A program made the position numbers and the translations under genes. This document shows positions 55,105 through 64,000 of a stretch of 64,000 nt of DNA, one piece after another. How positions within the stretch are numbered: the first letter of the stretch is position 1; every line of letters starts with the position of its first letter. Under the pieces are notes generated by a model that did not search any database, was not told the origin of the DNA, and saw only the letters and a program-made list of their open reading frames with translations. The stretch is from the NCBI GenBank assembly GCA_965205265.1, contig CBDBGH010000003.1, positions 5,376,001 to 5,440,000 on the forward strand. Reading direction: 5' to 3'. The DNA is from Alphaproteobacteria bacterium (GTDB lineage Bacteria; Pseudomonadota; Alphaproteobacteria; Bin95).

Positions 55105-56094
55105 ATGGCCATCGACGCGATTCCGGCAATCGACCTCGGGCCCTGGTGGTCCGGCGGCGCGGCCGGCCGGCGGGAGGTGGCCGGGCAGGTCGCCCGGGCC
55201 TGCGAGACCGTCGGCTTCCTGATCGTCACCGGCCACGGCATTCCCCAGCAGGTGATCGACCGCGCCTTTTCGGTCTCGCGGGCGTTCTTCGACCTGCCCG
55301 CGGAGGAAAAGGCCAGGTTCATGCCGGAAGACGGGGTGGCGCCGCGCGGCTACCACGCCGTCGCGACGCGGAACCTCGCGCGCACCTATGGGCAGGAGAC
55401 GCCGCCCGACCTGAGGGAGCAGTTCTTCATCGGCCCCCTCGCCCCGCGCGCCGAGCGGTTCGCCCATATTCCGGAGGCCGCGCTTTACTATTCGGAGAAT
55501 ATCTGGCCGGCCCGTCCCGCCGCCTACCGGGAGGTCTTCACCGAGTTCTACGGCGCGTTCGAAGGCCTCGCGGCGCGCCTGATGGGGATTTTCGCCGTGG
55601 CGCTCGGCCTGCCGGAGTCGTTCTTCGACGACAAGATCGACGGGCATTTCAGCACCTGTCCGTCGAACCACTATCCCGTCATCCAGGACGACCCGCAGCC
55701 GGGCCAGCTCCGCTGCGGCGCGCACACCGATTTCGGCAGCCTGACGATCCTCGCCTTCAACGATGCGCCGGGCGGCCTGCAGGCGCTGATGCCGGACGGC
55801 TCCTGGCTGGATGTCCGGCCGGGGCCGGGGCAGCTGGTCGTCAATCTGGGTGACATGATGGCGCGCTGGACCAACGACCGCTGGAAGTCCACCGTCCACC
55901 GCGTCGTCAATCCGCCGGCGGAACGGCGCGGGGAAAGCCGGCGCCAGACCATCGGCTATTTCCTGCACCCGAACTACGACGCCGAGATCGACTGCCTGGA
56001 AGGCTGCTGGGGCCCCGGCAACCCGCCGAAATACCCCCGGATCAGGGCCGGCGACCACATGCGCGAGAAGCTGGAAGCCCGGATCGACGGGTAG
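55105..56094 (+). CDS. Isopenicillin N synthase-like 2OG-Fe(II) dioxygenase
   Basis: HTDFG (HxD), NLGDMMARWTND.WKSTVHRV, RQT. Confidence 0.93.
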   Translation: MAIDAIPAIDLGPWWSGGAAGRREVAGQVARACETVGFLIVTGHGIPQQVIDRAFSVSRAFFDLPAEEKARFMPEDGVAPRGYHAVATRNLARTYGQETPPDLREQFFIGPLAPRAERFAHIPEAALYYSENIWPARPAAYREVFTEFYGAFEGLAARLMGIFAVALGLPESFFDDKIDGHFSTCPSNHYPVIQDDPQPGQLRCGAHTDFGSLTILAFNDAPGGLQALMPDGSWLDVRPGPGQLVVNLGDMMARWTNDRWKSTVHRVVNPPAERRGESRRQTIGYFLHPNYDAEIDCLEGCWGPGNPPKYPRIRAGDHMREKLEARIDG

Positions 56095-56159
56095 GAGGCA
56101 CGCGAAGAAGTCGAAATGCGCATCTTTCCTGTTGAAACGGGACGAAGACAGGCAAAGAC

Positions 56160-56289
56160 CGTCACCCCGGACTCGATCCGGGGTCCATCCCCGACCGTTT
56201 GCGCCTGCCGCAGCCGGTGGAGAACAGGACGAACCGCCGAGGCTGCTGCGAGGTCCGAGGCTGGACCCTGGATCGAGTCCGGGGTGACG
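56160..56289. repeat. Family B palindromic MITE-like repeat (inverted relative to the 44377 copy)
   Basis: CGTCACCCCGGACTCGATCCGGGGTCCA...TGGACCCTGGATCGAGTCCGGGGTGACG. Confidence 0.85.
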
Positions 56290-56296
56290 GAAGAAC

Positions 56297-56430
56297 TTGT
56301 CCTGAGCTTGCCGAAGGGGGCGCGGTCGCTACGCTCCCTCATCCCGAGTAGCGGCTTCAGCCGCGTATCGAGGGACGGCGGCTTCTCCCGGCGGACCATC
56401 CCTTCGGCAGGCTCAGGGCGGGCCCTTCGA
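56297..56430. repeat. Family C palindromic repeat
   Basis: TGTCCTGAGCTTGCCGAAGGG / CCCTTCGGCAGGCTCAGGGCG enclosing an inner hairpin. Confidence 0.65.
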
Positions 56431-56445
56431 TAGGGGATTATATAC

Positions 56446-56474
56446 TTGACGGCGCAAACCGGAGCGCCTATATT
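56446..56474 (+). promoter_or_regulatory. Sigma70-like promoter of the IS1595 transposase
   Basis: TTGACG-17 nt-TATATT, with a GGAGG RBS before ATG 56498. Confidence 0.7.
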
Positions 56475-56497
56475 CATCCTTACAGGGAGGATCCACT

Positions 56498-57463
56498 ATG
56501 GCGAAAGCACCGGGTAAGGCACACCGCGAAGGCATCACGCTCTTGCAGGTTGTGGAGATGTTCCCGACCGAGGAAAGCGCCCATGACTGGTTCGCGGATA
56601 TGCGCTGGGGCCGCACCGGCCGTTTCTGCCCGCGTTGCGGTAACACCGAGACGACGCAGAAGGGCTTGACCTTTTGGTGCGGCGGTTGCCGCCGTCGGTT
56701 CACGGTCCGCACCGGCACGGCGATGGAGCGGTCGAAGATTCCGCTGCGCAAGTGGGTCATCGCCATCTACTTGAGCGTGACAAGCCTCAAAGGCGTGTCG
56801 TCGATGAAGCTGCACCGCGACCTTGGCATTACGCAGAAGAGCGCATGGTTCATGGCGCACCGCATCCGGGAAGCCATGATGGGCGAGCCGGGCGGGTTCT
56901 TCGGCCCTGCCGAGGCGGACGAAACCTACTTTGGAGGCAAACGGAAGAACATGAGCAACCGGAAGCGGAAGGAGCTTGCCGGGACGGGCCGGGGCACGGT
57001 CGGCAAAGCCGCCGTGGCCGGTGTGAAGGACCGGGACAGCAACAAGGTCGCGGCCCGCGTCATGGAAGCGACGAAGGCGGACGACCTGCAACGCTTCGTC
57101 CGGGACAATGTGCAGCCCGGCGCCACCCTCTATACGGACGAAGCGGCCGCCTACAAGGGAATGCCCGAATTCGATCACGAGGCGGTCAATCACTCGGTTG
57201 CCGAGTATGTGCGCGGGCAGGCGCACACGAACGGGATGGAAAGCTTCTGGTCGATGTTGAAGCGGGCCTACGCCGGAACCTTTCACAAGTTTTCGCATAA
57301 GCACCTTCAGCGGTATGTCGATGAATTCTCGACGCGCCACAATCTCCGCGACATGGACACGGCGGACATGATGGCGGCGCTCGCCGCTGGCATGGTCGGC
57401 AAGCGCCTCCTTTACAGCGACTTGATTGCGGACAACGGCCTGTCCTCCGGCGCTCGAAGCTGA
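56498..57463 (+). CDS. IS1595-family transposase
   Basis: Zn ribbon CPRCG..C..C, SSMKLHRDLGITQKSAW, EADETYFGG, LYTDE, HTNGMESFWS, YVDEF. Confidence 0.95.
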   Translation: MAKAPGKAHREGITLLQVVEMFPTEESAHDWFADMRWGRTGRFCPRCGNTETTQKGLTFWCGGCRRRFTVRTGTAMERSKIPLRKWVIAIYLSVTSLKGVSSMKLHRDLGITQKSAWFMAHRIREAMMGEPGGFFGPAEADETYFGGKRKNMSNRKRKELAGTGRGTVGKAAVAGVKDRDSNKVAARVMEATKADDLQRFVRDNVQPGATLYTDEAAAYKGMPEFDHEAVNHSVAEYVRGQAHTNGMESFWSMLKRAYAGTFHKFSHKHLQRYVDEFSTRHNLRDMDTADMMAALAAGMVGKRLLYSDLIADNGLSSGARS

Positions 57464-57464
57464 C

Positions 57465-58259
57465 ATGGCGCTGCAAACGGTCATTCCGCCGACCGACCTA
57501 AGCGCGGAAGCCCTCGCCCGCCGCCTGCTGAATGAGGGATGGATGGAGGACGGCCGCCATCCCCTGCACCTCCGCAAGGCGCGTTTCCTCGACCGGCTGC
57601 GCAGCACCGGCAAGCTGGACTACAAGCGGTATCTGGCCTCGCCGCTGCGCTACGCGGGCGGCAAGAGCCTCGCCGTCGGCATGGTCGTGGAACTCATGCC
57701 CGATGTCGTGGAGCGCGTCGCGTCGCCTTTCATGGGCGGCGGCTCCGTCGAGATCGCTCTTGCCCGCGAACTCGAACTGCCGGTCGCGGCCTACGATGTC
57801 TTCGACATTCTCTGCGCCTACTGGCAAGAGCAGTTGCAGCGCCCGGCCGCACTGGCGAAGCGGCTCCGGGCCTTCACGCCGGATCGGCCCACCTTCGCCG
57901 CCGTCAAAGCCCGGCTGGAAGCGCACTGGAAGCGCGGGGAGGCGTTGAACCGCTACGACCTCGCCGCTCACTACTACTTCAACTCGAACACCTCCTACGG
58001 GCCGCATTTCCTCGGCTGGCCGTCCGATGTGTATCTGGCACCGGATCGTTACGGGAAGACGGTGGAGAAGGTCGAGGCGTTTCGCGCGCCGGGGCTGACC
58101 GTGGAGTGCGCGGGCTTCGAGGAGTCGATACCGCATCACGCGGCGGACTTCCTCTACTGCGACCCGCCCTACTACCTCGAAGAGGGCAAGACTTTCGTGG
58201 GGATGTATCCGCACCGGAACTTCCCGATTCACCATGACGGCTTCCGGCATGATATGTAG
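57465..58259 (+). pseudogene. Dam/D12-class DNA adenine methyltransferase, probably C-terminally truncated
   Basis: LRYAGGKS, SPFMGGGS, YCDPPY. It stops about 25 aa after DPPY, without the usual downstream SY/SN strand. Confidence 0.75.
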
Positions 58260-58594
58260 CGCCATTGCGCCAGACCTGCGCCAGAGTGCGCTGAGATACG
58301 ATTTATCATTGTGTAACAGCTATTTGTACCGCCATTTTGGTCTTGCATCCCTGCCCGGGATGCACTCCAATGCGCCGGGATACGGGTCCGGTCGCTTGCG
58401 GATTGATTACGAATTCCGCATCCACTTCCAGGACCGAAAACCCGCCGCGGGAAAGCGTTCGGTCACGCGGTGATGGAGGGGACGATGGCACAGAGCGAAG
58501 TCGGGCGAAGCCCGGCAAACCACGGAGTTGGCCTCGTCGTCCTCATCATCGTCACCCCTTGAACGAACGCTTCCCCGATCCGCCGGAGACCACG

Positions 58595-59770
58595 ATGCCC
58601 GATTCTGCCCCGAAGCTCACCAAGCGCGCCGTCGACGCCCTCGCGGTCGCCGGCAAGGACGCCGTGTTCTGGGACCGGGACCTCAAGGGGTTCGGCGTCC
58701 GGGTCCATCCAACCGGCCGCAAGGTCTTCGTCGTCCAGACGCGCGGGCCGACCGGGCCGAAGCGCGTCACGCTCGGGCGCCACGGCGACCTGACGCCCGA
58801 CGAGGCCCGCAAGCGGGCCGCCGGCGTCATCGACCGCATCCGGCGGGGGCTGGAGCCGTTCCCGGCGCCGGCCGCGCCGGAACTCACCGTGGCGGGTCTG
58901 GCGGCGCGCTACATGGAAGGCCATGTGAAGGTCAACCTCCGGGAGAAGACGCAGGCGAGCTACCGCTACGCGATCGAGAGGCTCATCCTGCCGGAACTCG
59001 GCGGCCTGCCCATAGGCGAGGTCGACCGGTCGCGCGTTGCGAAGTTCCATTACGGACTGCGCAGGACGCCGCAGGCGGCGAACCTGTCGGTGAGGATACT
59101 GTCGCGGATGTACAACATGGCCGAGGCGCTGGAGCTGGTCCCGCCGGGACGGAACCCGTGCCGGGCGGTGCGCCGGTACCGGGAGGTCAGGCGGGAGCGT
59201 TTCCTCACGCCCGACGAATACCGGGAACTGGGCCGGGTGCTGAAGGAGGCGGAGGCGGCCGGCTCGGCGCGGCCGGCAGCGGTAGCGGCGCTTCGCCTGC
59301 TGATGCTGACCGGATGCCGCAAGGGTGAGATCATGGGGCTCCGGTGGGACGATGTGGACCGGGCGGCGCGCGGGTTGAGATTGCGCGATGCCAAGACGGG
59401 ACCGCGCATCGTTCCGCTGACGCCCGCGGTCGAGGCGGTGCTCGACCGGATTCCTCGCGACGGCGACAGCCCATGGGTGATCGCGGGCAGGAAGGGGGAC
59501 GCCCATCTGGTCAACATGGATGCAGTCTGGAAGCGCCTTCGCGCGAAGGCCGGGCTGAAGGACGTCCGCATCCACGATCTTCGGCACAGCTGGGCGAGCC
59601 GGGCGCTGGCGCTCGGCGAGAGCCTTTCGATGATCGGCAAGCTGATGGGCCACGGGCAGGTCGCGACGACCGCGCGTTACGCGCATCTGGCGCGCGACAC
59701 CGAGAAGGCGTCGGCGGCCAAGGTCGGCGGCAGCATCGGCGCCGACATCCTCGAACCGGACGCCGCCTGA
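58595..59770 (+). CDS. Tyrosine integrase with N-terminal arm-binding domain
   Basis: KLTKRAVDAL..FWD..LKGFGVRV. Catalytic R (GCRKGE), K, HDLRH, GH and Y (RYAH) are present. Confidence 0.95.
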   Translation: MPDSAPKLTKRAVDALAVAGKDAVFWDRDLKGFGVRVHPTGRKVFVVQTRGPTGPKRVTLGRHGDLTPDEARKRAAGVIDRIRRGLEPFPAPAAPELTVAGLAARYMEGHVKVNLREKTQASYRYAIERLILPELGGLPIGEVDRSRVAKFHYGLRRTPQAANLSVRILSRMYNMAEALELVPPGRNPCRAVRRYREVRRERFLTPDEYRELGRVLKEAEAAGSARPAAVAALRLLMLTGCRKGEIMGLRWDDVDRAARGLRLRDAKTGPRIVPLTPAVEAVLDRIPRDGDSPWVIAGRKGDAHLVNMDAVWKRLRAKAGLKDVRIHDLRHSWASRALALGESLSMIGKLMGHGQVATTARYAHLARDTEKASAAKVGGSIGADILEPDAA

Positions 59771-59788
59771 GGCGAGAGGAAGGTCGCG

Positions 59789-60961
59789 ATGGCGAAGCTC
59801 GGGAGACGGTCGATATCGCGGCGCACGGTCGAAGCGCTCGAGGTCGACAGGGACACGGTGTTCTGGGACTCTGGACAGCCGGGCTTCGGCGTCCGGGTGT
59901 ATCCCTCCGGCTCGAAGCACTACATCGTGCAGACCCGCGCGCGCGGCGCGGCGAAGCGGCTGACCATCGGGCGGCACGGCGTCATCACGCCCGAGGAGGC
60001 TCGCCGCCGCGCGGCGCTGATCATCGCGCGCATCAAGGCGGGCGAGGACCCGGTGCCGGAGCCGCTGGCGGCGAAGCACCCGGACGGGCCGACGGTCGCG
60101 GCGCTCGCCGCGCGGTATCTCGAGGAATATGCCGAGCAGCATTGCAAGCCCAACACCGTGAAGGCCTACCGGCGCATGGCGAACGGGCACATCGTGCCGA
60201 CGCTCGGGAAGCTGCCGCTCGGCAGCGTGCGGCGCGAGCATGTGCGCGACCTGCACCATGCGATGCGGGCGACGCCGGTGCAGGCCAACCGGACGCTGGA
60301 CCTGCTGTCGCGCATGTTCAACATGGCCGAATCCTGGGGATTGACGCCCGAGGGGAGCAATCCCTGCCGGGGCACGGTGAAATACCGCCAGCAGGCGCGC
60401 GAGCGGTTTCTCACCGCCGCCGAGTTCCGCCGGCTCGGGCGTGCACTCGACGAGGCGGAGGCCGACGGCGCCGTCTCGGCGCATGCCGCGGCGGCGATCC
60501 GGCTGCTGATGCTGACCGGGTGCCGCAAGAACGAGATCGTGACGCTGCGCTGGCGGGACGTGGACCTCGAAGCCATGGAGCTGAACCTTGAAGACACCAA
60601 GACCGGTGCGCGCACAGTGCCGCTGTCGCCCGAGGCGGTTCGGGTGCTCGCGGGCATCCCGCGCGCCGAGGGCAATCCCTGGGTGATCCAGGGCCGGAAG
60701 CCGGGCGAGCGGCTGGGCTTCATCGACCGTCAGTGGTGCCTGGTGCGCGAACGGGCGAGGCTCGAGGATGTCCGGCTTCACGACTGCCGGCATTCCTTCG
60801 CCTCGCGCGCGCTGGCGCTGGGCGAGAGCCTGCCCGTGATCGGCCGGCTGCTCGGCCACGCGCATGTCGAGACGACGGCGAAATACGCCCATCTGGCGCG
60901 CGACTCCATGCACGAGGCGGCGGTAAGGGTCGCCGACAGCATCGCGGCCGATATCCTTTAG
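59789..60961 (+). CDS. Second tandem tyrosine integrase
   Basis: FWDS..PGFGVRV, GCRKNE, DTKTG, HDCRH, GH, KYAH. Confidence 0.95.
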   Translation: MAKLGRRSISRRTVEALEVDRDTVFWDSGQPGFGVRVYPSGSKHYIVQTRARGAAKRLTIGRHGVITPEEARRRAALIIARIKAGEDPVPEPLAAKHPDGPTVAALAARYLEEYAEQHCKPNTVKAYRRMANGHIVPTLGKLPLGSVRREHVRDLHHAMRATPVQANRTLDLLSRMFNMAESWGLTPEGSNPCRGTVKYRQQARERFLTAAEFRRLGRALDEAEADGAVSAHAAAAIRLLMLTGCRKNEIVTLRWRDVDLEAMELNLEDTKTGARTVPLSPEAVRVLAGIPRAEGNPWVIQGRKPGERLGFIDRQWCLVRERARLEDVRLHDCRHSFASRALALGESLPVIGRLLGHAHVETTAKYAHLARDSMHEAAVRVADSIAADIL

Positions 60962-61031
60962 CTCGGCGGTATCGCCTCATCTGGACCGGCGGCAGTTGTC
61001 CGGGCCACTCACTGCGACCGCCCTGTCCGGT

Positions 61032-64000
61032 TTATTCGATTGCCAGTTCGGGAAGGGAGCGCACGATCTTCATGGTCTCCAGGCTGACGGTGATGACCCG
61101 CAGCAAGAGGTCAAGCGGATATCGCGGATCACCGACGGTCTCGGTCGCGTAGCGGTTGGCGTCGCTGACGACCCCGCTGGCCTTGTCGGTCCTGACACAC
61201 TGGCGTTCCATGACCCAGGCGAGCGCGGGCTTGCCGTTGACGACGTATTCCCATGCCGCCTCGGGGATGTCGCGGATGGTGATGCGGGAATTGTAGATCA
61301 CCGTCGACCGATCCTTGCTCTTGCCCGATCCCGGATGGCGCATTTTCGTGACCCGAAAGGCATCCTCGGCATCGGCCAGCAGCAGTTCGCCGGCGGTGTC
61401 GATCGTGGCCGGCCAGGGATCCACGGTCTCGTAACCGACATGCAGGTGCGCCAAGCGCTTCCCCGCATCGCGGAAGGACCGATAGTCCTTCACCGGCTTC
61501 ACGCAGGGGATGCGCGGCAGTTCCTTGACAAGGTTGGCGGCAAAACGGTGGCGATAGTCCTCGGAATGCAGCAGCCCGTAGATGTAATGGAAGATGTCCT
61601 CCCGGCTCACGGACTCGGACGGATGGGCGTCACGGAAGTATTCGAGCGCGTAGACGGTGATGGCGTCGAGCCGCCTGTATCCGGCAATTCGCTCCCCGAG
61701 AAGGTCCGCTTCCGCGTCCTCGCTTCTTTCGTAGATCCAGAACGGAAAACACTGGCCGGTGTCGATTGTGTGAAGGTTCGGCAACGCATCCATCATCAGC
61801 GCCGAAAATCCGGACCGCCCGCCCTTGCCCGTGACCGCGATGACCCGGTTGGGCAGATCGGCATTCGGGAAGATGCGGGGCATCTGATAGACCATCTCAT
61901 TCAGCCGGCGGCTGAAGAATTGCCATTGCTTGGTGAAGGGGCGGTAGAGGCAGGGGACAAACGTGCCATCGCCTTGTCGGAGTTCTTTCCCTTTCCGGAG
62001 ATCCTGCTTGAGAGAACGAGTCCAGCTGATCCTGGTGGGGTCTGAATTGACGAAGCTGTCAATCCCGGGAAGCGCCTCTCCCGTGAGCTTCCCCGTCTCG
62101 GTGGCCGCTCTCAACCGCCCCAGTTCGCCGCTATAGAACGAGATCGTCGACTCGATGTTCTCGGCCAGTGCGGTCGGGGACGGATTGATGCACCAGGCGT
62201 CCCGATTGGTAACCACGCCAAGGGAGTAGCTGTCGAACAGAACGCGACCGTTCCTGTCCTGCTTGTCCCCGATCTTCGGATACGCCTCGAAGCTGCGGTC
62301 ACGCTGGTCCAGCCAGTCGCCATGTTCGTCGGGCGTGATCCGCCGCCATCCGCGGGCTTGCTCGATTCCACGGATGCTACCGAGCCGCTTGACGGTCTCG
62401 AGCTTCTGCTTCCGGTCCAGGTCGTCACCGATGTCATGGAACAGGATGCGGCCCTGTTCCGGGGCGTCCGGGTTCTTGACGAAGACCGTGATCGCGACCC
62501 CCGTCATGCTTCCCTGTCCGAACACGTTTTCACCCTCACCCGCGCGTCCGCCGGACAGCATGTTCTTGCGAATGTCGCCACGAAGGTGAAAGACGTGAAC
62601 GCGAGCGAACTCGCGGGCCAGACACTTCCGCAGACCGTCGGCAAATGCGCGCTCGATCCAGGCGCTGCCGGTAATGTACGCCATCACCCCGGCCTTCCCG
62701 AGCCGATCGCTGCCCCAGCGGATCGCGCGGATGTAGCTGTCGTAGAGATTCTGCTTCAGGCCCGCGGCAGAGCGTTCCGCATAGGTGTCCCGAATTCGCT
62801 GGTCCAGCCATGCATACGCGACATTCTTCGCGTTGTCGTTTTCGCTTTTCTGCCCTGCCGAATAGGGCGGGTTGCCGATAATGACCCGGATGTCGGTCGC
62901 TTTCTGCCGCTCGCGCCGATCCGTGTTGTCTTTCATGTAGAAGGACAGCTCGTCGTCGCCTTCGTGCAGGGCGAAGGTATCGGTCAGGCAGATGCCGGCA
63001 TAGGGCAGGTAGTCGTCGCGGTTCGCGACCGAATGGAAGAAAACGGACTCGATGTTGATGGCGGCAATGTAGTAGGCGAGAAGCACGATGTCGTTTGCGT
63101 GGATTTCCCCGCGGTACTTGCGCTCCAGGTCTTCGGGCGCGATCAGCCCCGATTGCAGCAGCCGGGTGATGAAGGTGCCGGTTCCGACGAAGGGGTCGAT
63201 GATGTGGACGCCTTCGGAGCCGATCGTCTGGCCGAACTCCTCCTGCAAGGCCTCGTTCACCGAGCGGATGATGAAGTCCACGATCTCGACCGGCGTGTAG
63301 ACGATGCCGAGCATCTGCGTCGTGCGCGGAAACGCGCTTCGGAAGAACTTGTCGTAGAGTTCCACGATCAGCTTCTGCCGCGCCTGCGGATCGGTGATCC
63401 CCGCCGCCCGCCGGCGCACCGAGGCGTAGAAGCCTTCAAGCGCCTTCGCTTCGCGCTTGATCTGCACCTCGTCGATCACGGACAGGACCTCCGTCATCGC
63501 GGCCGAGACCGGGTTCCTGTCGACAAAGGGAGACCCCTCGAACAGCGCGTCGAACACGGGCCGCGTGATCAGATGCTGCGCCAGCATCTCGATGGCGTCG
63601 TGTTCCGTGATCGACTCGTTGAGATCGTCGCGGAGCTCCAGAAGGAAATCCTGGAAGAACGACCGGGCGTCGCTTTCGGGTTGCTGCACAAGGCTGGATA
63701 TGCGCGTGACGTGGCGTTCCGCAATCTCGGCGACATCTTTCGCCCAGTCTTCCCAGTAGTCGCGCGTACCGCACTTCTCGACGATCTTCGCCATCACGGC
63801 GCGCGAGAACTCGTCAATCACCAATGGCAGAGGCTCCTGCGGCCCGCCCCTGCCTTCGGAGTCGCCCGACCCTCCTCGTCCTATACCCGGCCTGGGCGGC
63901 GCGGGGCGCCTCGGCAGGTCATCTACCGTCGCCGTGACCGCAGCGAGTTCGGCACCGGCACGCGGAGACCGGCCGTCGACGATCGCGATGCGGCCGCTGA
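61032..64000 (-). CDS. Type ISP restriction-modification enzyme, C-terminal part (coupler, MTase, TRD); 5' part lies beyond the window
   Basis: YWEDWAKDVAEIA, LGIVYTPVEIVDF, DPFVGTGTF, IGNPPYS, LYDSYIRAIRW, YRPFTKQ, YVVNGK.AL.WV. The frame stays open to the window edge. Confidence 0.93.
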   Translation of the reverse strand, partial: SGRIAIVDGRSPRAGAELAAVTATVDDLPRRPAPPRPGIGRGGSGDSEGRGGPQEPLPLVIDEFSRAVMAKIVEKCGTRDYWEDWAKDVAEIAERHVTRISSLVQQPESDARSFFQDFLLELRDDLNESITEHDAIEMLAQHLITRPVFDALFEGSPFVDRNPVSAAMTEVLSVIDEVQIKREAKALEGFYASVRRRAAGITDPQARQKLIVELYDKFFRSAFPRTTQMLGIVYTPVEIVDFIIRSVNEALQEEFGQTIGSEGVHIIDPFVGTGTFITRLLQSGLIAPEDLERKYRGEIHANDIVLLAYYIAAINIESVFFHSVANRDDYLPYAGICLTDTFALHEGDDELSFYMKDNTDRRERQKATDIRVIIGNPPYSAGQKSENDNAKNVAYAWLDQRIRDTYAERSAAGLKQNLYDSYIRAIRWGSDRLGKAGVMAYITGSAWIERAFADGLRKCLAREFARVHVFHLRGDIRKNMLSGGRAGEGENVFGQGSMTGVAITVFVKNPDAPEQGRILFHDIGDDLDRKQKLETVKRLGSIRGIEQARGWRRITPDEHGDWLDQRDRSFEAYPKIGDKQDRNGRVLFDSYSLGVVTNRDAWCINPSPTALAENIESTISFYSGELGRLRAATETGKLTGEALPGIDSFVNSDPTRISWTRSLKQDLRKGKELRQGDGTFVPCLYRPFTKQWQFFSRRLNEMVYQMPRIFPNADLPNRVIAVTGKGGRSGFSALMMDALPNLHTIDTGQCFPFWIYERSEDAEADLLGERIAGYRRLDAITVYALEYFRDAHPSESVSREDIFHYIYGLLHSEDYRHRFAANLVKELPRIPCVKPVKDYRSFRDAGKRLAHLHVGYETVDPWPATIDTAGELLLADAEDAFRVTKMRHPGSGKSKDRSTVIYNSRITIRDIPEAAWEYVVNGKPALAWVMERQCVRTDKASGVVSDANRYATETVGDPRYPLDLLLRVITVSLETMKIVRSLPELAIE

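Larger units (their letters stand above)
56433..58259 (+). mobile_element. IS1595-family element with passenger methylase; right end not found
   Basis: Putative left end GGGGATTATATACTT, then the transposase, with the dam-like gene starting 1 nt after its stop. I saw no matching right IR. Confidence 0.7.

Noticed and set aside
52145-55129. Long antisense ORFs (994 aa here and many similar elsewhere)
   Set aside because: These are typical reverse-strand shadows of high-GC genes with no recognisable motifs.

Overview
A GC-rich alphaproteobacterial-style region (Rhodospirillales-like by gene content; inferred) with three zones. (1) Bases 1-~26900 are a heavily scarred accessory island. It holds an ICE-like leading-region module (frameshifted PAPS-reductase-family gene, AAA ATPase, DUF3150-like protein, DUF2201/vWA protein, ParB) and a decayed TOPRIM nuclease fragment. 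A large TbpB-like surface-protein gene is split by two identical IS21 copies and followed by a Slam/T11SS translocon. Next come an ABC-transporter scrap fused to an AlpA remnant, a VirD4-like ATPase plus replication-relaxation module, a Uma2 nuclease, a second TbpB-like lipoprotein, and a CsgG-like lipoprotein interrupted by an IS1634 element with a 338-bp flanking duplication. (2) Bases ~27000-56100 are metabolic and core genes: UbiD decarboxylase with TRAP transporter, arsC, lepA, a hmfABCD-like Mo-hydroxylase/CoA-ligase operon, SulP, LLM monooxygenase, D-aminoacylase, MBL hydrolase, MFS, an IorAB-like pair and a 2OG-Fe(II) oxygenase. They are interspersed with three families of palindromic REP/MITE-like repeats. 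(3) Bases ~56400-64000 hold an IS1595 element carrying a truncated Dam-type methylase, two tandem intact tyrosine integrases, and the 3' part of a Type ISP restriction-modification gene. All calls come from motif recognition by eye; no database searches were run.
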